Source: Candidatus Latescibacterota bacterium | Lineage (GTDB): Bacteria; Latescibacterota; UBA2968; UBA8231 | DNA: 64,000 nucleotides | Assembly (NCBI GenBank): GCA_965206595.1 | Contig: OZ242214.1 | Coordinates: forward strand, 3,808,001 to 3,872,000 | Direction of reading: 5' to 3' | Part shown: piece after piece, positions 9,912-19,233 of the stretch | Position numbering within the stretch: position 1 is the stretch's first letter | Layout: each line of letters begins with the position of its first letter | Program-made: the position numbers and the translations under genes | The notes under the pieces: model-generated | Databases searched by the model: none | Seen by the model: the letters and a program-made list of their open reading frames with translations, nothing else | Told to the model about the DNA's origin: nothing

Positions 9912-12900
9912 CTACAACCGGGTCGAGACGATCCAGTCCCTGTGCGCCTTGGCGAACTGGAACACCTCTTTGCTTGCCCGTTTGTCTTCGTACATCTCGA
10001 TCACCCGGTCGTATGTCTCGACTGCATCGCGCCATTGACCGAGGCCTTCCAGACAGACGCCCATGTTGCTCAGCGCGCCCAGCGCACTCTCCGTGTCCGG
10101 ATAGCGCGCGCGAATATCCTCGAAAGAGCTCACGGCGCGCGCGAAATATTGCTTCCTGATGGCCCCCTCCTCCACCGCCTCGGCCGAATCCATCAAGGCG
10201 ACCGCCCGCTCGTAATGATCGTAGGCGATGGCCTCCGTGATCTCGGAGATCAGGCGCGGCACCTGGGCTGCCACTGGATCTTCCGGAAAGCGATCCTGGA
10301 CGAGCTTGTAGGCCAGCATCGCCTCTTCATATGACCCGCGGTTATAGGCATCGTCGGCGAGAGTGAATTGGGCAGCGGCTGCGAATTCGCTCTGCGGATA
10401 GCGTTCGAGGAGTGTTCGGAAAGCTGCCATCGCCTCCGCCTCCCGTTTCAACTCGAGCAGACACCACGCCAGATTGTACTGCGAGTTATCGGCCGTGGTA
10501 TCGTCGGGAAACCTTGTGACAATACGGCTGTAGTAGGGGATGGCAGCTTCGAATTCCCCCAACTGGTAGTGGCTTTCGGCGAGGCCGAACAGGATATCCT
10601 GCAGGGCACGCGCCTGCGGATAGTCGCGCAGCAGCTGTTCGAACATGGTCCAGGCGTCACGGAAATCCCTCAAGCTGTAGTGGGTATTGGCCAGGTAGAA
10701 TCCCACCATCAGACGGTGGTCCGGACCCAGGTCCGCGGCCGCCAGATCCGTGAAGACCTTCCTGGCGCGCTCGAGCTCTCCCCGGTCGAAATAGTGAACG
10801 CCTAGGGTCAACCGCATGTCCGTGGAAAAAAACGAGGCCGGGAACCTGCGCAGGGCCTCCTGAAACACCTTGGCCGCCTCGGCGCTACGGCCCATACGTG
10901 CCAGCGCATCCCCTAGCAGGAAGTAGGCCTTCTCCGCGCGGCCGTACTTCTGGCCCGGTGCCAGCGCATCGTCGAACTGCAGATCGATCAGCTGCCTGGC
11001 GACGACGATCGTCTCCGCGAAGTTGTCGTCCTCGTAGTGGAGATCCATTACGCGCGTCAGGAGAGCGGCCTGTTCCTCGGGGGTCCCCGCCTCGGCGGCC
11101 ATGGCGGCGAGCGTCTTCACCGCCTCGCTGCCGCGGTCCTGCTTCAGGTAGACGAGCGCCAGGGCGTCCTTGGCTGAACGAACCTTGCCCTGTTCCTGTA
11201 CGTTTCCGGCGATCCAGTTGAAGTCCTCTTCCGCAAGACCGTACTGCCCGGCGACAAATGCGGCGTTGCCGCGGCTGAACCGCAACGCCTCTTCCAGGTC
11301 GGCACCGATTGGATAGGTAAGGGCGGCGGTGAAATGGGTTACGGCTGTGCCGTAGTCGTTCAGGCCGCTGTAAGCCTGTCCGAGGAGATAGTTGAAACTG
11401 GCGCGCTGAACGTCCTCGCCCGCCTTCGCCAGACCGGCCTCCAGGACGCGGGCAGCGTGATCGAAGCGACCCGTATTTACCAGGCTGTGCCCGGCGCCCA
11501 GGCGCGACCGTGCGTACAGGGAGGAGGTTTCCGGCACCGCCAGGAAAGCGGTCACAGCGCCGTCAAGGTCGGCCACGGCCTGTTGCGACAGCCCCAGGCG
11601 CATGTGGGCGACGTCGACGTAGTCGCTGGCGGCGTGGTTGTCGAGGAGCTGCCGCGCGCTCGCCGCGGCTTCGCCGTACCTGCCGCGATCGAAGTAGAGC
11701 TCCCCGAGCTGCACGAGGGCCCGGGCGGCCTGGCTCCGGTTTTCCGCCTCGTCGATGATCGCCCGGTATTCCGCCTCTGCCAGGGCAACGGAGTCGTCGC
11801 TTCCCAGAGACTGGTAGGCCAGCGCCCTGTTGAAGCGCGCGTCGAGGAAGTAGGATGACGTTTCATCCATGCACAACGTGTCGTACTGGGCGACGGCCAG
11901 CTGCAGCCACTGCCGGCCCGCACCCGGGCGGGCCTCGGACTCTTCCTCGTCGGCCAGCTGCTGATAGGCGCTGCCGATGCGGTAGCGCACACGGCCCTCG
12001 GGAAACCCGGCGACGTTGGCGATATCGGCGAATCCGTCGAGATAGGTTTCGTACTCCCGCACGGACTCCACGTAGCGGGCCTGCGAAAAGAAACTCTCCG
12101 CCAGGGCATACTGAATGCGCGCCCTCAGCGTCCGGTCGGAGGATTGATCGATCGCCTCCCGGTAAGTGCGGATACTGGCATCGAGATCTCCCCTCTCCCG
12201 ATGCAGGTCGGCCATACGCAGGTACGCCTCTTCGACCAGCTTGCGCTCCGAGCCGAACAGGGTGACCGCCTGCCGGTACGCCTCCAGCCCTTCGTCGTAC
12301 CGTCCCCAGCGAGCATAGGAGGTACCGATGCGGATCTGGGCCTTTGCAGCCAGCTCCAGCGCCGTCTCGTTCACCAGGCCGGCGATCTTCTCCCGCCGTA
12401 TCCGCCGCAACTCCACCTCGGTGAGATTTTCGATCTTCTGCCGGATTATCAACTGGCGGTAGCTGTCTATGGCCCGTGCATACCTGCCCGTCTCCAGGTA
12501 GCACTCGCCGATCTGGAAAAGGCTGCGATCGGCCTGGTACCCGCTGGGGAAACGGGCGAGGAGCCGTTCGAATGCGGAAATCGCCCGGTCGTATTCCCCC
12601 ATCTCGTAGAGCGCCCAACCCGTGTTGTAGTAGCCGACGATGACCTGCGGGTGGTCTGGATAGGCATTGATCAGTGCATCGGCCGCCTCGATGACCTGCG
12701 GAAACTTCCCGGCCTTGAAGTAGAGATCGATGAGCCGTCCGTATGCCAGGACCTTCAGGACTTCGCTGGTCGAACCGTCGATCACCTGTTGAAAAGCGTC
12801 GACAGTCGCTGCAAACGCCTCATCGGCCTGTACCTGCAGTCGTGCCCGCCCGACCTCGTCACCCTCCTCCTCCGCCTGCTGCGCGAAGCCGGCATGGAGC

Positions 12901-13172
12901 TTGGAGAAGGAATTGCCGATCTGGTAGTGGGCGGCTTCCTGGACGGGAAATTCATCATCACCCACGGCGACCTGGATGCCCTCCACGTCCAGGGCCCGGC
13001 TGCGTATCCGCAGGACCGCTTCGTACTTGGTGATCGCCTGATCGTAGGCACCTTCGGCATAGAATCGCTGACCCTCGCGAAAGGTGCTCACCATGTCTTC
13101 CTGGTTGGGCACACGCGAGGCGAGAAAGGTGCCCCCGGCGGTAATCAAAGTCAGCAAAAGAAAGAGGTTCAT
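9912..13172 (-). CDS. Large tetratricopeptide-repeat envelope protein (BamD/CpoB-like TPRs)
   Basis: N-terminal hydrophobic leader; numerous TPRs such as YDRAISAFERLLARFPSG and FRTLLERYPQSEFAAAAQFTLA. Confidence 0.9.
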   Translation of the reverse strand: MNLFLLLTLITAGGTFLASRVPNQEDMVSTFREGQRFYAEGAYDQAITKYEAVLRIRSRALDVEGIQVAVGDDEFPVQEAAHYQIGNSFSKLHAGFAQQAEEEGDEVGRARLQVQADEAFAATVDAFQQVIDGSTSEVLKVLAYGRLIDLYFKAGKFPQVIEAADALINAYPDHPQVIVGYYNTGWALYEMGEYDRAISAFERLLARFPSGYQADRSLFQIGECYLETGRYARAIDSYRQLIIRQKIENLTEVELRRIRREKIAGLVNETALELAAKAQIRIGTSYARWGRYDEGLEAYRQAVTLFGSERKLVEEAYLRMADLHRERGDLDASIRTYREAIDQSSDRTLRARIQYALAESFFSQARYVESVREYETYLDGFADIANVAGFPEGRVRYRIGSAYQQLADEEESEARPGAGRQWLQLAVAQYDTLCMDETSSYFLDARFNRALAYQSLGSDDSVALAEAEYRAIIDEAENRSQAARALVQLGELYFDRGRYGEAAASARQLLDNHAASDYVDVAHMRLGLSQQAVADLDGAVTAFLAVPETSSLYARSRLGAGHSLVNTGRFDHAARVLEAGLAKAGEDVQRASFNYLLGQAYSGLNDYGTAVTHFTAALTYPIGADLEEALRFSRGNAAFVAGQYGLAEEDFNWIAGNVQEQGKVRSAKDALALVYLKQDRGSEAVKTLAAMAAEAGTPEEQAALLTRVMDLHYEDDNFAETIVVARQLIDLQFDDALAPGQKYGRAEKAYFLLGDALARMGRSAEAAKVFQEALRRFPASFFSTDMRLTLGVHYFDRGELERARKVFTDLAAADLGPDHRLMVGFYLANTHYSLRDFRDAWTMFEQLLRDYPQARALQDILFGLAESHYQLGEFEAAIPYYSRIVTRFPDDTTADNSQYNLAWCLLELKREAEAMAAFRTLLERYPQSEFAAAAQFTLADDAYNRGSYEEAMLAYKLVQDRFPEDPVAAQVPRLISEITEAIAYDHYERAVALMDSAEAVEEGAIRKQYFARAVSSFEDIRARYPDTESALGALSNMGVCLEGLGQWRDAVETYDRVIEMYEDKRASKEVFQFAKAHRDWIVSTRL

Positions 13173-13270
13173 TTTTTCGGCCTTGCGATTCGCCCCCTGT
13201 CAAGTGATCCGGTTAATCAGCATTTGCAGTCGGACCCCGGCACGAATCAGCTATTGTTTTCCACGACGCC

Positions 13271-16200
13271 TCAGTCGTCCTCGAATCCCAGGATGGCGTT
13301 GATGAAGGCAGCGGTGAAGCGCTCCCCCCGGAATTCGTCCGCCGCGGGATCATCGAACTTCTTTGTCCGCAGCCGCACGCCGGCGTTGGTCGAGATGATA
13401 TATCCGAAATACCTCGACAGATTCGTCATCATCAACACGGTGTCGCGCTGCTCGAAGCTCTCTTCCGGTTCGGCGAAATCGGTCACCGAGTAGGGGAACT
13501 TCGACGTAATCCCCTGCACACCGAGCTGAAAACGGGTTCTGGTCGTCAGGCGGTATTCCAGTTTCATCAGGGGAATGAGGTGCCGCTGGTGCGCAACGGG
13601 CAGATCCAGGCTGCGCTTCCACTCCTTCCGGTAGCGGATCTTGAAACCGGAAAAAAGACTCAGGCGATCCCAGATTTTCCAGTTGTAATCGATCCTGTGG
13701 GCCATCGTCCAGCGGCTCAGGCGATCGCTTTCCTGCCCGGTCCCGTCCCAGAGCTCCCCTCCGTGCTGATGGTTGACCTCGACCTTGACCTTGTTGTGCA
13801 TGGCGAGATTCGGCACGGTCCGCCAGCGGGCTTCGGTGAAAAGACGCACCAGGGTGCTGTTCTTGTAGTTTAGCGGATCTTCCAGCGGCTCTTCCTGAAA
13901 CGGCACGATGTTGATGTTGCGGGCCAGTCCCGGGAAGTTGGTTGCCTGAATATCCGCCTGGGTAAGGACCCTGTCGCTGTAGACGCTCAGCGGATCTTCC
14001 ACTCCGTCCCGTATGCGTTCCAGCGACAGCTCGGTGAAGAACCTGCCGATTGTCGGCACCTGCCGATTGTAGTCGAGGCGCGAATACAGAACCTCGCTGG
14101 GCACCGATCCGGCTATCTGTTCGGCGTCCAGCAGCCCCAGCGCCAGGCTCAGACCGGCGAGCGGTTTGTATTTTCCGTACAGGTGCATCCCCCTGAGATC
14201 GGGATCGTAGGGCAGGTCCGCTTCCCAGTCGTTCTCCCGCGAATCGATGAAATCGTTGTGGTTGAAATCGACGCCGTACTCGAAGACCTGGGGGTCGACA
14301 TCATACATCAGGAACGGTTCGAGGTCGTCGGGCTGCTGGTTCAGGTTCCGGTTGGTGTCGGGAATGCCGTCGTTGTCCGCATCGAGCCCAGGGAACACGC
14401 CATCGATATCGTGCTGTCCCTGCTTCTTGTCGAAATAGTTGGTGTACCAGCTGTCCGGATAGCGGTCGTTGTCGTCATTGTCCTCGACGAGCCTGTGAAG
14501 GATGGTGTTGTTGTAGGCGATCGGGGTCCCCGACAGATTGAACTCGTCGGCAGCGATGAAGCTGCGGAATTCCGTGGTGAACAAGGGGCCCATGGAAAAC
14601 AGTTCGCCGCGCAGGTCCCAGCGCCGGAAATCCCGATGCAGGGTCACGTAGTAGGCGTTGTCCGAAATGGTGTGGCGCGCTCCGGGAGTCTGTTCCCGCT
14701 CCAGGGCATTGATGGCGATGGCGTCCTGGGGAACGCGCGGTCCCGGCAGTCCGCTCGGGTACATTGAGAACTGGCTGCCGCGGGCGAACTCGGCGTTGAG
14801 CTCGAATCCCTTGACGACCCCGTAGACATTGGCGCTGGCCAGCCGCAGTCCCGTCGGCACCCCGACCTTTACCCGAACGCGCTTCGGCACCCCGTCCCGG
14901 GGATTGCCCCCGGCGCGGGCGACGGTGCGGAAGAACGGGGCGTAGCGGTAGCGGTCCTGGTGGCTGTCGGGGGGTAGAAACTCCGTCGACCGGGCAATGG
15001 GAATTTCCGACAGTTCAAGCCGGTAGTCGTTGGCCAGGACAAGCTCGACTTCGACCGAGGTTATGAACTGCTGCACGGACTCGAGGTCGATGTAGAGAAT
15101 GCCGTAGGTCTCGCCGTCGAAGGCCTGGGGAAGATCCTCTTTCGTGTACATACCGAGAAAATCGCCGGAGGGCTCGGCCAGTTCGTGGGCGAACTCGGAG
15201 TGCACGGTTTTTCCGCTTTCCTCGTCCACAACATGGTCGGGACCGTGGAGCTTGAAGTCCCTGTAGTAGAGGTGGTCGATGAAAAACGGGAACTCGTAGC
15301 CCCGGTAGAAGACGTCGACGTCGGTGGCGAGGTAGTTTATGTAGGATTCATAGGTGCTGAAGGCCCCGCCCCGGTTGACGGTCTGGTAGTCGTTGGAGGC
15401 CGGCCGCGGAGGCAATCCCTTGCGGTTGCCGTTGCTCAGCAGCTCCTGGACGTATATCTGGCGGTCGTCGCCGCGTTTGTGAAGGTGGACGACAAAGGGC
15501 TCCAACTCCGGGCGCAGGACCCCGTCCACGTAGACGTTGACGTCGTGCAGCACCGGTCCGCCCCGGCCATCCAGAGGCGAGTCATCGAGGATGCGGATGG
15601 CGATCAGTGCCGGCGCCGTCTGCACGGCCCCCGGCCTGCCCTGAAGGCTCTCGAACTTGCTCGCCATGAGCGGCTCGTACTGATGCACGTTGAGAAAGGT
15701 GCCGCCGAAGTTGAGGAACCCGACTTTGCGCTCGTAGTGAGCGCCCAGCATCATGGTCGGAACCCTGGCGTTGATGTCCCCGGCCGTGGACGGGCCCTGG
15801 CCGGAGTTGCGCGAAAAGGGGAGCGTCGAGAACAGTGCCGAGAAACTGTCTTTCCCGGTGCCGGCGTCGACCCTGAGACCGTTCAGATTGGAGAGTTTCA
15901 TCGTCAGCGGGGTCAACGACGTGCGGATCTCGTCCCCGTAGATGAATTTGGCCTGCCAGGCGTCGGTGCCGTCCGTGCCGACTATGACGTGGCCGAAGAG
16001 ACGCTCGAAGGCGTTTCCCGTCTGTCCGTGCCCGCCGCTTTCGCCGATCGCGGAGTAACCCCGCTGCACACCGAGGCCCCGGCGCTCGACCCAGGTAACG
16101 GCCTCGGTCCCGTAGAGCAGAGGGTCTCCCATGGAGTTGTAGTGATACCGGAGATTGCTGCTGAGCTCCGGCCGGCGGGAATAGTTCTCGAATCCGTAGT

Positions 16201-16423
16201 TCGTGTAGGGCACCTCGTCGAACCGGCCCACGAAGGGTTGCTCGAACAGAATCCGCGACGGACCCAGCCCGACCCGCTCCGGTTCTTCCGCCGCCTCCTG
16301 GCCGCGTCCGGACCCGGGGACGAGGAGGAGGAATACCGCGCACAATGCGGCCCTTCCGGCAGCTGCGGACACTGGAGTTTTCGATTCCGCGTCGTTCACG
16401 GGTGCTGAGTCGTCTGTTGCCAC
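13271..16423 (-). CDS. Large exported protein, paralog A (predicted outer-membrane beta-rich protein with Asp-rich Ca-binding loops)
   Basis: Signal-like segment; GDEIRTSLTPLT, EDNDDNDRYPD, GVFPGLDADNDGIPD, GVDFNHNDFIDSRENDW shared with 16433 and 19234; amphipathic C-terminal strands. Confidence 0.75.
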   Translation of the reverse strand: MATDDSAPVNDAESKTPVSAAAGRAALCAVFLLLVPGSGRGQEAAEEPERVGLGPSRILFEQPFVGRFDEVPYTNYGFENYSRRPELSSNLRYHYNSMGDPLLYGTEAVTWVERRGLGVQRGYSAIGESGGHGQTGNAFERLFGHVIVGTDGTDAWQAKFIYGDEIRTSLTPLTMKLSNLNGLRVDAGTGKDSFSALFSTLPFSRNSGQGPSTAGDINARVPTMMLGAHYERKVGFLNFGGTFLNVHQYEPLMASKFESLQGRPGAVQTAPALIAIRILDDSPLDGRGGPVLHDVNVYVDGVLRPELEPFVVHLHKRGDDRQIYVQELLSNGNRKGLPPRPASNDYQTVNRGGAFSTYESYINYLATDVDVFYRGYEFPFFIDHLYYRDFKLHGPDHVVDEESGKTVHSEFAHELAEPSGDFLGMYTKEDLPQAFDGETYGILYIDLESVQQFITSVEVELVLANDYRLELSEIPIARSTEFLPPDSHQDRYRYAPFFRTVARAGGNPRDGVPKRVRVKVGVPTGLRLASANVYGVVKGFELNAEFARGSQFSMYPSGLPGPRVPQDAIAINALEREQTPGARHTISDNAYYVTLHRDFRRWDLRGELFSMGPLFTTEFRSFIAADEFNLSGTPIAYNNTILHRLVEDNDDNDRYPDSWYTNYFDKKQGQHDIDGVFPGLDADNDGIPDTNRNLNQQPDDLEPFLMYDVDPQVFEYGVDFNHNDFIDSRENDWEADLPYDPDLRGMHLYGKYKPLAGLSLALGLLDAEQIAGSVPSEVLYSRLDYNRQVPTIGRFFTELSLERIRDGVEDPLSVYSDRVLTQADIQATNFPGLARNINIVPFQEEPLEDPLNYKNSTLVRLFTEARWRTVPNLAMHNKVKVEVNHQHGGELWDGTGQESDRLSRWTMAHRIDYNWKIWDRLSLFSGFKIRYRKEWKRSLDLPVAHQRHLIPLMKLEYRLTTRTRFQLGVQGITSKFPYSVTDFAEPEESFEQRDTVLMMTNLSRYFGYIISTNAGVRLRTKKFDDPAADEFRGERFTAAFINAILGFEDD

Positions 16424-16432
16424 TCTGTGGTC

Positions 16433-19231
16433 CTAGAACGAAGGCCGCAGACCGGCGATCGCCCGGAGAAAGATGCGTGAGTAGTCAACGTCCTGATCCC
16501 TGCGCGAACGGTCGGAGAACCTTCGTGCCCGGCGCTCGAAACCGGCATTGATATTGAGTTGGTAACCGACATAGGATGAGGTGTTCGACACCATGGCTAC
16601 GTAGACCTCCGAATCGAAGTCGGATCCCGGAACAACCTCACTGCGGAAAGTGCTTTTGAGAAAGGGGAATCCCTGGGCGCCCAGCTTTACCGTGGTGCGG
16701 GTCGAGACGGGATATTCGAGGCGCAGAATCGGATAGAAATAGCGCTCGTGGATTTCGAGAACCCGCCGTTCGTCGTCTTCGAGGCGCTGCCGGAGCCATT
16801 TTACCTGTGGAATCACCCGCAGCTGTTTCCACGGACGCCACTCGTAGTCAGCCTTGACGACCACAGCGAGATCGGTGACCGCGTTGTCCGGCTGAATCGC
16901 CGTGCTCTGCTGGAAATTCCTGTCGTACTTGAAGCTCATTTCCAGGTTCAACTTCGGCACGCGGATGTAGCGAACCCGGGTGTAGGTGGTGTTCACCCAA
17001 CTGTCGCGCATCAACAGGGGATCCGGCAGGAGCACGGCGCCGCCCAGCGGGTTGAGCAGTTCCTCCTGCGTCAAGCGAACCAGGGGAACGATGTCGGGCT
17101 CGAAATAGATGGGATTGCGACCCACTCCGAATACGTCGTCCCTGATTTCGTCGCGCACCCGCTTCAACCGTTCCGCGGCGTAGATGTCGATGAGAAACGG
17201 TATGCGACGCTCGTATTCCCAGCGGCCGTACAGCATCTCGGCGCGAGTACCGGCGGAAGCGGCATTCGTTCTGTGGAAACCGACGGTTACGGCCATGCCC
17301 TTGCGCGGACGGAACACGCCGAACAGGTGTCCCCCCCGGCGGTCCGGATCGTAGGGCAGGTCCGCCTTCTGGTCGTCTTCGCGCACGTCGATGACGGCGT
17401 TGTTGTTCATGTCGTCGCCGTACTCGTAGGCGTCGGGACTGACCTCGTAGAGCAGAAAGGGCTCGAAGTAATCAGGCACCCTGTTGACGTTCTCGTTGAT
17501 ATCGGGGCGGCCGTTCTGATCGGCGTCCAGACCGGGGAAGATCCCGTCGGGATCCATGATGTAGCGGCCCCCGGTTATCACGTTTGTGGTCTTGCGCAGA
17601 AAGTAGACGTCCGGGTACTGGTCCTTGTCGTCGTTGTCGTCGACCGTGGGAAACTCGATCGTGTAGGTCCCGTCGGCGAGATTCGGGCCGATCCGGGTGG
17701 GCAGCCGCGGTTCGTGTATGTTTCGCGGATACGAAAACACCGCCAGGGAGCTCGCATACGAGTCGTCCTGCACCGAGAGGGTGGTCGAGTAGTTCTCGTC
17801 AATTCCGAAGACCTCCCCCCCAAGGCTGAACCGATCCCAATCCCGCCGGCCGACGACGAACCAGGCGGGGCTCTGGCTCCTGAACTGACCGCCGCTGGAA
17901 CCAGTGAGGGCCGGGTAGGCGCGATGGTCGAAATTCCTCACGTACTCCGCGTGGAGCAGGTACCCCTTCAAATCCAGATTTATGTGAACACTTGCAAGTG
18001 AGCGGGCCGTCTGGCGGCCGTAGCGCACCCGCACCCGGCGGTAATCGTCCAGGTCTGAAGGCCGGCCCTCCGCCCGGGCGGCGGTGTAGAAATACGTCGC
18101 CGGGTTGGTGGACAACCCGTTGAACACCTCGGACAGCTCGACCTTGTAATCTCCCGCCACATCCATGTCCACCTGGGCCCGGTCGACTACGAGCGAGTCC
18201 GGTCCCTCCATCACGAAAGCGGGCACCCTGAACCAGAACAGCAGGCTGCCCTTTTCCTCTGTCTCGAAATACCCCTGCGTCGTGGGCTCGACGTGTTCGG
18301 CGTTGATGTCCAGGCGGCCGGAACTGTCGGTGATGACCGGCGGTATGATCGTGCGGTCCGGGTGCGCGGTCACCGTGAGCGTCAGGGCGTCTGGGGAAAG
18401 TTTGTCGTACTGGCCACGGCTGTGCACGAGCTCACGGCCGTTGATCAGGACGGCGATGCGGCGCACCCGCACGCCGGCATTGTCGTCGGGATCCTGGTCG
18501 GCGACGCGCACCACGAGCCACTCGGGGGGGTGGATGGTAGCGGGCAAGCTGCCGGTGATACTGCTTTCGCCAATCTCCCGGAAGCTGTCCGTGCGGAACT
18601 GGTTGACCCAGCTGACACCGACGTCCAGCCTCGTCCACTGGGCCCGCAGGTCGCCGCCCAGCAGGTAGGTCGCCAGGCGCGGACGGGAGGTAGCGTACTG
18701 TCGGCCGTGAGCGCTCTGATCGGCGTTTCCGAAGGACTCGAAAATCGGACGGTCGACGCGCGATCCGACCAGGATCAGGGAAACCCTTTCTGATCGGGAG
18801 TCGAAGCGAATCCCGTTCATCGCCGCCAGATCAAGGGTCATGGGCGTGAACTTGGTGCGGATCCTGTCGCCGATCATCAAGCGCGTGCTGACCCCCTTGT
18901 AGCCGTCCTCGGCGATGACCAGCCGGTTCAGGTAGTCCTGGTACAACCTGGGTTTGCTGATGAGACTTCCGGGCTCGGGTGCGATCGAATGGAATTGCTG
19001 CAGCTCGAAGACATTGGTGCCGCTCATCACGAACTGCCCGAGGTTGTCGAACTGTGGCCTGCGATCCTTGCCGTAGAGAACCGTCTCGTAGGGCCAGTAG
19101 CCTTCGTAGGCGTAGTTGACGTAGGGCTCACCCGCGCGGTACAGCATTTGTGCTTCCAGGGCTTGGCTCCCGGGGCAGCCAAGCAACAGCGCGAGACAGA
19201 TGGCGGCGATGTGCCGCCGCTCCAGAAACAT
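16433..19231 (-). CDS. Large exported protein, paralog B
   Basis: Signal peptide; GDRIRTKFTPMT, DDNDDKDQYPD, GIFPGLDADQNGRPD, GDDMNNNAVIDVREDD; ends in Phe. Confidence 0.75.
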   Translation of the reverse strand: MFLERRHIAAICLALLLGCPGSQALEAQMLYRAGEPYVNYAYEGYWPYETVLYGKDRRPQFDNLGQFVMSGTNVFELQQFHSIAPEPGSLISKPRLYQDYLNRLVIAEDGYKGVSTRLMIGDRIRTKFTPMTLDLAAMNGIRFDSRSERVSLILVGSRVDRPIFESFGNADQSAHGRQYATSRPRLATYLLGGDLRAQWTRLDVGVSWVNQFRTDSFREIGESSITGSLPATIHPPEWLVVRVADQDPDDNAGVRVRRIAVLINGRELVHSRGQYDKLSPDALTLTVTAHPDRTIIPPVITDSSGRLDINAEHVEPTTQGYFETEEKGSLLFWFRVPAFVMEGPDSLVVDRAQVDMDVAGDYKVELSEVFNGLSTNPATYFYTAARAEGRPSDLDDYRRVRVRYGRQTARSLASVHINLDLKGYLLHAEYVRNFDHRAYPALTGSSGGQFRSQSPAWFVVGRRDWDRFSLGGEVFGIDENYSTTLSVQDDSYASSLAVFSYPRNIHEPRLPTRIGPNLADGTYTIEFPTVDDNDDKDQYPDVYFLRKTTNVITGGRYIMDPDGIFPGLDADQNGRPDINENVNRVPDYFEPFLLYEVSPDAYEYGDDMNNNAVIDVREDDQKADLPYDPDRRGGHLFGVFRPRKGMAVTVGFHRTNAASAGTRAEMLYGRWEYERRIPFLIDIYAAERLKRVRDEIRDDVFGVGRNPIYFEPDIVPLVRLTQEELLNPLGGAVLLPDPLLMRDSWVNTTYTRVRYIRVPKLNLEMSFKYDRNFQQSTAIQPDNAVTDLAVVVKADYEWRPWKQLRVIPQVKWLRQRLEDDERRVLEIHERYFYPILRLEYPVSTRTTVKLGAQGFPFLKSTFRSEVVPGSDFDSEVYVAMVSNTSSYVGYQLNINAGFERRARRFSDRSRRDQDVDYSRIFLRAIAGLRPSF

Positions 19232-19233
19232 GG